Assembly (NCBI RefSeq): GCF_018977255.1
Contig: NW_024705445.1
Span: forward strand, 1 to 43,744
DNA from: Callorhinchus milii
Taxonomy: Eukaryota
Direction: 5' to 3'
DNA length: 43,744 bases
The notes under the pieces were generated by a model that saw only the letters and a list, made by a program, of their open reading frames with translations, was not told the DNA's origin and made no database searches. Made by a program: the position numbers and the translations under genes. Numbering within the stretch: position 1 is the first letter of the stretch; each line of letters starts with the position of its first letter. Positions 35,303 to 43,744 of this stretch are shown one piece after another.

Positions 35303-37148
35303 CTGAAATTGGGCATCAGAGTTATAATTCATGCTCCGGATAATCGTTCAACTTGATGGCTGCTTTATCACGATTCTCCCTGAGGTCAATGGATCATTGT
35401 AGAGAGTAATTACTTGCACAAACGGAGGGGCAGTCAGACACATGCTTGAGCATCATGTGCACCGTGAAGCAGACGAGCAACAATGGCTACCTATTGGCTG
35501 AAACGGCACACCTATGAATATAAGCTCACTCGCCATTGATGGAGGGAGACGAATGACGTCAGACGTACCTCTTGACGCGGCAGGTGAGAGGTCAGAAGGT
35601 TCGCGCAGCAAATGGGAGATGAGAAGAGGTAGTGACGAGAGACGGGAGGAGAGAAGTGATTGGATGGAGAGAAACGGGAGAGAAAGTGCGGGGAAAAAGA
35701 AAAAGAGGAGGAGAGGTTCGGGGAAGGCTCGGCGCACTTTTGATGGTGGAAGTTGACATGAACGCACGCTGCAGAAGATAATAACATCTTCTTGCACCTT
35801 TTCTACAACCAACGTGTTGGAGTCATTACAATTGTAACCGAAAAGCATTTTTTTTGTTAACGTACATTGTCAATCATTTCTTCAAGATTCTACATTTGTC
35901 ATACAGTAAACAAATGACCTTTAACATTTACAGCATCTCACATTTAGGTATTTTGACGCACGTACCACTCCAATGCCTATGTTAAAAATACTTCTGCTTA
36001 ATGTGACATTTCATAACATGCAACAGCAATAACACTGGTCAACAAAAAAATTCTGGCCTGGAATTTTGCAGCTGTTTTAGACTAATTTCAGGGTGCGATT
36101 CCAAATCTGATCTCAGATTTGCTCTATCACATCTCATTTTATGCTATCGGCATACCCCATTTTCATTGATTTTACCCGAAATTAACTCTGTCACTTATGA
36201 TTGCAAGTTGTTGCGAGTCAGTGACTGCTTTGGTGTTAAAATATGGTGCTGTATTTTTAGGATAGTATGTTTATAATATCAGTTTATGTAGATATCCACA
36301 TTTATTTAATATTTTTCTTATACAGGGCGTGATCTAACAATGGCTACAACATCCGAAAAAAAGAAATGCAGTAATGACCCAGATATATTATGCTACATCT
36401 GTGGCAGCTTCACTTTGCAGGATCAAAGGCGCAACATCAATACTTTTGTCAAGAAGGTTTATCTTGCCTACTTTAAAGTACGAATTGGAGACCAAGACAA
36501 AAATTGGGCTCCTCACAAAGTGTGTAAAACCTGTGTTGAAACTTTGCGATCATGGTCTAAAGGAACGAATGCTAAGCTGAAGTTTGGTGTGCCAATGGTT
36601 TGGAGAGAACCTACAAACCATTTGGATAACTGCTACTTCTGCCTTGTCAATGTAAAAGGTTTTCAATAAGAAAAACAAACAACACTTACAATACCCAGAT
36701 ATCCATCTGCCAGACGACCAGTTGAGCACTGTGAGGAAATACCTGTGCTTGCATTTACTGAGCTACCAGAGATTGATGTTGAATCCCTCAGTTTACCTGC
36801 TTCTACAGATGATGATGATGATGATGCTCAGATCGACTATACGCCATCTGATGCAGATTGTGATAAAATTTCTCTGTTTAGTCAGCCTGAATTTAATGAT
36901 CTTGTAAGAGATTTGTATTTGCCAAGAAGTCGGCTGAATTGTTGGCTTCCAGGCTGCAAGAGAAAGGTCTACTCAGACTGGCACTAGTGTCTCCTTTTAT
37001 CGTAACAGAGAAGCAGCACTGCGAAAGTACTTCCATTCAGATGGTCAACTTGTTTATTGTAATGATGTTGAAGGGCTTCTTCTCAATATGGGACTGCCCG
37101 CATATGCTTCAAGTTAATGGAGAATTTTTATTCACAGTAGTAAAAGGA

Positions 37149-37832
37149 ATTCTAGATTTGAAGCTTTCGTGACTGCAAGGATTCATATTCTTAGGTTTTT
37201 TTGGTAAAGTCACGTAGGTAAAACATTTAAATTAATAAAAGTTAAATAAAAATAAAATAAAAATCACGACGTTTCGGAGGCAACACAAGCTTCCGTCTTC
37301 AGGTGGAACTGTCACAGCACGATTGCTGTTTCAAGTAAGAGAAATTCCAAGAAAACAGTCCTTGTATATATACTGGTTGAGGGTGGGAGGAGCCAAGGCA
37401 GGCCCTGGATATTATTATTGTGAGGTTCGGTGCGGCTGAAGGACGCTGCTAGGAATGAGTCTTTGTTGTGTAGACTGGTTGAAATGGGAGGTTCCAAGAG
37501 TTGTTAAGGTGCGGCTGATGTAAAGGTGCGGTTGCTGTAAATGGGACTGAGCCTTTGTTATGTAGAGGTGGTGCGGCAGGAAAACCAGTGTGTGAAAAAG
37601 AGAAGAACTATACGGTAACTGAAGAATAGTGCCTGTCAATAAGATGGTCCAAATATGTGTAGTTAAATCTTTTTTGCATGGTTAATAACATATTTCCAAT
37701 GATTACTAAGTTTGTACCCATCATCACGGTTGAAATTATGTCTGTGTTTGTATATTTGGATGGCTTCGTGTACAAACCTTTGATGGTATCCAGGAGGTTT
37801 GCAGAGCACCTTGGTCTTGGAAAAGACAATTT
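37149..37832 (-). mobile_element. 5'-truncated Penelope-like insertion with hammerhead-bearing pLTR
   Basis: 14-bp TSD CAGTAGTAAAAGGA (37135-37148, 37833-37846); minus frame IVFSKTKVLCKPPGYHQRFVHEAIQIYKHRHNFNRDDGYKLSNHWKYVINHAKKI* is a GIY-YIG C-terminus. Confidence 0.9.
37265..37305 (-). ncRNA. minimal type I hammerhead ribozyme motif
   Basis: Reverse complement reads CAC-CTGAAGA-C-GGAAGC-TTGTGTT-GCCTCC-GAAAC-GTC-GTG. Confidence 0.8.
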
Positions 37833-39330
37833 CAGTAGTAAAAGGAGTTTGAAATGTGTGTTACTTCACAACAGAAATATATATGGTTCAATCCCAATAG
37901 GACACTCTGTAAAAATAAATAAAAAGTATGCCAACATCAAGATTGTTCTGGATAGATTGGAATACCATGTTCATGGATGGCTAATTTGTGTTGATTTGAA
38001 AATGGTTCATTTTCTGCTGGGTCAGCAAGGAGGTCACACCAAATACCCTTATTTCCTGTGCTACTGGGACAGTAGGGCTACATTAGAACACTGGGTTAAA
38101 AATAACTGGCCACCAAGAATCAGTTTGACACCTGGTGACAAGAACATCAAGAATGAGCCCCAACTGCACATAAAACTTGGGTTAATTAAGCAATTCGTCA
38201 AAGCTCTTGATCACACTGGAGACTGCTTCAGCTATATATGTTCAACCTTTTCAAGTCTCAGGGCGAGAATAAAAAGGCAGGAATATTTGATGGCCCTCAA
38301 ATAAGAACACTCATCAGGAATCCACACTTTGTTACAACAATGACTGCGGCAGAGGCTAGAGCTTGGAATGCATTCTCTGATGTGGTGTGGAATTTCTTGG
38401 GAACAGGAAAACGGACAACTATCGAGAGATTGTGGAGGAGCTGCTCTTGAGTTTCCAAGCACTTGGATGTAGAATGAGCATCAAGGTTCACTACTTACAT
38501 AGTCACTTGGCCCAGTTTCCAGAGAGCATGGGTCACGTGAGCGAACAGCAATGTGAACGCTTTCATCAATACATTAAAGTTATGGAAGAACGTTACATGG
38601 CCGATGGGACTCAAACATGATGGCAGATTACTGCTGGTCCTTGATGAGAGACATTCCACAAGCTGTACATCGGAGATCGTCAAAGAAGAGGTCGTTTATG
38701 CAGATGTAACATCACTATTGTGAATGACCTTTTTGTACATATTTTTCTTATCTTCACAATTCAATTATTACATGGTAATATGCATTCACTCACATTGATA
38801 TGCAGTCACTCTCACAACTTTGTGCTACGGCTCATTAAATGTTTGTTTCATTATTATTGTATATTGTATCTTATCTTATTCTTGTATGGATGTCTGTTTA
38901 GCTATTCGTATATGAGCATAAATTTGCTGTTTTTATTGAAAATGAAATATTTGATATCTCAAAACCTCACAAAAACTGATGCCAGATTTGGAATCAGGAC
39001 CCAAAATTACCTTAAAACCGTTGGAATCCCTTATGCCAGAAAAGTGTGTTGACCAGTGTAATATATCTCTTGTTGCACTACTCCAGATCTGGACGCAGAA
39101 TTTTTATGACTCCTTGAGTCAGCCAAGGCTTTTGTCTTTTTCTCCCTTCCCCCTGCCCCCCACATCTCTGATGACCACGGTTGGCTACATACCGTGGGAA
39201 AGAAGTTCAACATGCACATGCACACACGACTATATACTACACATTACACTACTATACAGTAGACTGTACACTAGACGATACACAACACTACTACCCTATA
39301 CACTACTATGTATCTACTACATTACACAAG

Positions 39331-40054
39331 TGTAGTGTCTTCAAAATTACTCACACCGATACGTTGTAACAAGTCACCTGCTTACACTTTATTTCACCTG
39401 TTCTCGCGCCAGTTGTAGGCACTCCTATAACTATCTGTACGGTCACATAGACGTGGCTTCTCTCCGCTCTTATCTATTCTGCACCTCACTTATCCTGCAC
39501 TCAGCAACTCTGCTCTCAGCAACTCCGCACACAGCAGCTCCGCACTCAGTGACTCCACACACAGCAGCTCCGTACTCAGCGAGTCTGCACACAGCGACTT
39601 CGCACTCAGCAACTCTGCACACAGCAGCTCTGCACTCAGCGACTCTGCATCTCCACTGCTGCCCTCACCTACGCTCCCTCATGGCCGCTCACCCGTCTGT
39701 CCCGGGCGAGATGTTTTCACTCTTGGTACCCGGGCAACAACAACTCCCTTCGCTTACACACACTCCCCTTATATATCCCCCCTCATTCCGAGTCCTCACG
39801 TGCTCCCCGCTCAAGCTGCCACCAGCCCGGCGCCTGTTGTCCCATTAATCCCTTATCATCACCCTTCATCTCCCGTCTCTTCGACGCCAACCTTCGGTCA
39901 CAGCATACACACCTGTTTTGACCTTGGTTGCATCCGCTTCTCACCTTAATCACTGGCAGTTTGTCGGTGCAAACCTCATGTTGCAACGCACACACCTGTT
40001 TGTCCTCAGTTGCACCCGCTTAACTGCACACACCGCGTATTTCTCTCCTCTACA
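39331..40054 (-). mobile_element. solo LTR A
   Basis: TGTAG...CTACA termini, CAAG on both sides (39327-39330, 40055-40058), minus-strand AATAAA (~39390) and TATA-like motif (~39770), internal 15-bp repeat (GCACTCAGCAACTCT) at ~39495-39650. Confidence 0.75.
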
Positions 40055-40058
40055 CAAG

Positions 40059-40772
40059 TGTAGTGGGCCCAACTGAGTCGCAGACCTACTTCTTAGAGGC
40101 AACACATTTATTACACCAACACGAATACACAAAGGGATAGCTGCCCTTTACCAGATACAGCCTAGGGAGTCAACTACAACTGACCGGACCCCTCTCGGGT
40201 CCTGGACCACGTGTTGGAGGCTTCTTCTTGACGTAGAATGTAGATTTTCAGATGACGGTAGCAACGACGACCGCGGTCCCTGCGGGGACCCGGCTTATAT
40301 GTTCCCGGGTAGGGGTCGGCTCCACCCTTGGCCCCGCCCACCTTCGAGAGAGCTTTGGCTCTCTCTCGATTCTTCTCGAGCCCACTTTCCCCCGGAAAGT
40401 GGGCTCCATCTGGGGGCCCCTGTAGACTTTACCGGTCACGTGCCGTCGGATCAACCAGAGTGCCATGGCCCAGGGTAACCCTGTCCCTGGGCTGACACTC
40501 TCCCACTCCCTCTGGTAGGAGACAGAACTGCACGCCATGCTTGGTGCCACTGCGCTATCCCAGCACTCACCAAGCCTCACTAGGGGTGGTACTACACCCA
40601 CCTATGGGGTGCCCGCGATGACGGTGCATCGCACGCCGTGCCTTGCTAGAGCCGGCATTACTCGGTGACATGCACGATGCTGCTACATACGTGATATCCA
40701 CGATGTGAGTACATTGCATGGCTTGCTTCTCTACGGCCGGCACCATACAGTGACATCCACGATGTCACTACA
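40059..40772 (-). mobile_element. solo LTR B (unrelated sequence to A)
   Basis: TGTAGTG...CACTACA termini, CAAG on both sides (40055-40058, 40773-40776), minus-strand AATAAA (~40108). Confidence 0.8.
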
Positions 40773-40778
40773 CAAGTA

Positions 40779-42366
40779 CAGTGAGGGAAAAAAGTATTTG
40801 ATCCCCTGCTGATTTTGTACGTTTGCCCACTGACAAAGAAATGATCAGTCTATAATTTTAATGGTAGGTTTATTTGAACAGTGAGAGACAGAATAACAAC
40901 AACAAATCCAGAAAAACGCATGTCAAAAATGTTATAAATTGATTTGCATTTTAATGAGGGAAATAAGTATTTGACCCCTCTGCAAAACATGACTTATACT
41001 GGGTGGCAAAACCCTTGTTGGCAATCACAGAGGTCAGACGTTTCTTGTATTGGCCACCAGGTTTGCACACATCTCAGGAGGGATTTTGTCCCACTCCTCT
41101 TTGCAGATCTTCTCCAAGTCATTAAGGTTTCGAGGCTGACGTTTGGCAACTGAACCTTCAGCTCCCTCCACAGTTTTCTATGGGATTAAGGTCTGGAGAC
41201 TGGCTAGGCCACTCCAGGACCTTAATGTGCTTCTTCTTGAGCCACTCCTTTGTTGCCTTGGCCGTGTGTTTTGGGTCATTGTCATGCTGGAATACCATCC
41301 ACGACCCATTTCAATGCCCTGGCTGAGGGAAGGAGGTTCTCATCCAAGATTTGACGGTACATGGCCCCGTCCATCGTCCCTTTGATGCGGTGAAGTTGTC
41401 CTGTCCCCTTAGCAGAAAAACACCCAAAGCATAATGTTTCCACCTCATGTTTGACGGTGGGGATGGTGTTCTTGGGGTCATAGGCAGCATTCCTCCTCTC
41501 CAAACACGGCGAGTTGAGTTGAGGCCAAAGAGCTCCATTTTGGTCTCATCTGACCACAACACTTTCACCCAGTTGTCCTCTGAATCATTCAGATGTGCCT
41601 TGGCAAACTTCAGACGGGCATGTATATGTGCTTTCTTGAGCAGGGGGACCTTGCGGGCGCTGCAGGATTTCAGTCCTTCACGGCGTAGTGTGTTACCAAC
41701 TGTTTTCTTGGTGACTATGGTCCCAGCTGCCTTGAGATCATTGACAAGATCCTCCCGTGTAGTTCTGGGCTGATTCCTCACCGTTCTCATGATCATTGCA
41801 ACTCCACGAGGTGAGATCTTGCATGGAGCCCCAGGCCGAGGGAGATTGACAGTTCTTTTGTGTTTCTTCCATTTGCGAATAATCGCACCAACTGTTGTCA
41901 CCTTCTCACAAGCTGCTTGGCGATGGTCTTGTAGCCCATTCCAGCCTTGTGAGGTCTACAATTTTGTCCCTGACATCCTTGGAGAGCTCTTTGGTCTTGG
42001 CCATGGTGGAGAGTTTGGAATCTGATTGATTGATTCTGTGAACAGGTGTCTTTTATACAGGTAACAAGCTGAGATTAGGAGCACTCCCTTTAAGAGTGTG
42101 CTCCTAATCTCAGCTCGTTACCTATCTAAAAGACACCTGGGAGCCAGAAATCTTTCTGATTGAGAGGGGGTCAAATACTTATTTCCCTCATTAAAATGCA
42201 AATCAATTTATCACATTTTTGACATGCGTTTATCTGGATTTTTTGTTGGTATTCTGTCTCTCACTGTTCAAATAAACCTACCATTAAAATTATAGACTGA
42301 TCATTTCTTTGTCAGTGGGCAAACGTACAAAATCAGCAGGGGATCAGATACTTTTTTCCCTCATTG
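40779..42366 (-). mobile_element. Tc1-like DNA transposon, same family as 24288-32576
   Basis: TA-flanked ~200-bp TIRs starting CAGTGAGGGAAAAAAG; transposase on the minus strand. Confidence 0.95.
40994..42004 (-). pseudogene. Tc1 transposase (frameshifted)
   Basis: ORF 41311-41901 (..[23 protein letters not shown]) plus downstream pieces. Confidence 0.92.
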
Positions 42367-42429
42367 TATACACGACACCAATATACACTACACTACCATA
42401 CACGACACAACTATACTACATAGAAAACG

Positions 42430-42547
42430 AATTTATTTAGAACTGCTTCTTGTTGTGTGTAGTTTGTTTTCCTTCCCCGCATCTTCAATTATCACGGTTG
42501 GCCACTTACAGTGAGAAATTACAACTTCAACGTACACACATACATAC
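42430..42547 (+). mobile_element. L2-type LINE 3' tail
   Basis: TTTGTTTTCCTTCCCCGCA..CACGGTTGGC..TTCAACGTACACACATACATAC matches the 21400-21478 tail. Confidence 0.65.
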
Positions 42548-42720
42548 CGTGTTGTGCTGTGTTCTCAACACGATCCAGCAGATGTAAGACAGAGATACTG
42601 ACAATAGGGAGATGGAGCAGACTAATATTGCGATTACACTTCTCTTGCACCCCTTCCAACCAGTAGGGACATTGGCAGTGGGTGGAATTGCGCTGGTGAG
42701 GATGGTGGTATGGCTGGAAT
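42548..42720 (-). CDS. stalk + transmembrane exon of IgSF receptor gene A
   Basis: Acceptor tgtgttattgacag|AT (phase 1), donor ACG|gtatgt; DSSHTTILTSAIPPTANVPTG (S/T/P stalk), WKGCKR, SVIAILVCSISLLSVSLSYICWIVL (TM), RTQHNT. Confidence 0.75.
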
Positions 42721-42841
42721 CTGTCAATAACACAGAAACACATTGCACCGCGAAGGTCAGGTGGTCACACTGGTGAGTTAAAAGTTCACATTCTGGTCGT
42801 GTATGAGGTTAATGTACGGCAGTTAATGTTTAAGGGAAGCA

Positions 42842-43270
42842 GCCATCACCGTCGGATAATGTGAAGTTTAAGTTGAGGGTTGAGACCCCACTCACTGAAT
42901 ATTTGAGTGTCAGAGACACCATGAATGTGCACCTTGAGTTTTACCCCCTCGTATGTTTGGGTTTTCTTCAGAGTACTCCGGTATTCACACAACTGGTTCA
43001 ACATACCATATGGAAATTTTACGAAGTGAAGGAGCCTGCCAGGCCTGCCCCCAGCATCTCTACCATCGGAGCCTGCCAGGCCTGTCCACAGCATCTCTAC
43101 CATCAGAGCCTGCCAGGCCTGCCCCATGCGTCTCTTCTTGACATCAGCCAGTCTGGATTTCGACCCTTACATACCAATGAGATAGCTACCCTTTGTGTTG
43201 TTTATGGATTACTGTACGTGCTAGATAAGAAAGGATTGGATATGTTAGGCTTGTTGGACCTCTCAGTCCG
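42842..43270 (+). mobile_element. degenerate L2-type RT fragment with an internal ~36-bp tandem repeat (43033-43122)
   Basis: LLDISQSGFRPLHTNE..LGLLDLS motif; GAGCCTGCCAGGCCTG unit repeated three times. Confidence 0.65.
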
Positions 43271-43710
43271 CTTATCTGTTGGAACTTGCTGAAACTCAAT
43301 CAGCCAAATGTGAATATTTGCTGGTTGGCAGGAGTCTGAACTTGTTGACCTGAGGCTTATTTCAGCATTTTTAACTATGATTGGAATGGCACGCAAACTG
43401 GTAAATATGTGTGGCCTGTTTCAATAGGGAGGGTGAACAATACAGCATGGGCCAGGATATTAAAGTTGCAACTGGTTAAGCGAGATGGGCGGTATGACCA
43501 ATATTTGGGACCAGTCTAGGTGGGTATGATGGGGGTTGGGTCCCCCTGGAATCAGGCAGAGGCCATTCTCTCAGCACCTCAACAACCAGAACAATACTGG
43601 AGGAAGGGAGGGCTTCTAGCCAGGAGCAGCAGACGGGACTGGGCAAGGGAGACTTCCTGAGTCGTAAGTAGAATTGTGTACACGCAAGCTTGAATGTATG
43701 GCCCACGTAC

Positions 43711-43744
43711 CATTGACGACCAGGAGGGTTCCAAGTTGGTCAGC
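43711..43744 (-). CDS. 3' end of an Ig V-set exon (gene A), truncated by the window
   Basis: GCT GAC CAA CTT GGA ACC CTC CTG GTC GTC AAT G|gtacgt = ADQLGTLLVVN with a phase-1 donor; parallels GHHGTYLLVQ G|gtacat of gene B and fits the phase-1 TM exon. Confidence 0.65.

Larger units (their letters stand above)
36340..38708 (+). pseudogene. Chapaev3 transposase (frameshifts, stops, retroelement insertion)
   Basis: CYICG..WAPHKVCKTC..VPMVWREP..CYFC; SSKRSLKCVLLHN; ICVDLKMV..LGQQGGHTK; LHIKLGLIKQFVKAL; FDGPQIR; SEQQCERFHQ. Confidence 0.88.
36033..39058 (+). mobile_element. Chapaev3 (CMC superfamily) DNA transposon
   Basis: TIRs CACTGGTCAACA / TGTTGACCAGTG, 3-bp TSD TAA (36030-36032, 39059-39061), Cys-rich transposase. 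Confidence 0.88.

Noticed and set aside
35490..35600. ATTGG, TATAAG and a perfect CRE (TGACGTCA, 35554-35561) suggesting a promoter
   Set aside because: Short motifs with no associated ORF or expression evidence, inside the predicted gene A intron; could arise by chance.

Overview
Transposon-dense vertebrate genomic DNA. The repeat repertoire (Chapaev3, a fish/lamprey-type Tc1, V-SINE-like SINEs, Penelope-like elements with minimal hammerheads) suggests a lamprey; this is inference. The host genes appear to be a minus-strand tandem pair of Ig V-set receptor genes. Gene A has the end of a V exon at the window edge (43744-43711), a stalk+TM exon (42720-42548) and a candidate cytoplasmic exon (35302-35180). 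Gene B has a candidate 15-nt micro-exon (23785-23771), a complete Siglec-15/PILR-like V exon with a J-like end (17839-17426) and a candidate Tyr-rich terminal exon (5630-5545); I found no TM exon for it. Most of the rest is mobile DNA. A Gypsy element (8886-17014) has a MYND zinc finger at the start of Pol, a -1 frameshift pseudoknot, mismatched LTRs and no TSD. A young Gypsy (24597-31335) sits inside a Tc1, and there is a second Tc1 copy. A Chapaev3 transposon and a Chapaev3-type MITE are present. Penelope-like elements carry three 41-nt minimal hammerhead ribozyme motifs. Two different solo LTRs and a Tc1 are stacked at one self-regenerating TACACAAGT site. L2/RTE fragments, SINEs and simple repeats fill the gaps. 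Many frameshifts are 1-bp homopolymer deletions and may be assembly errors. No database searches were run.
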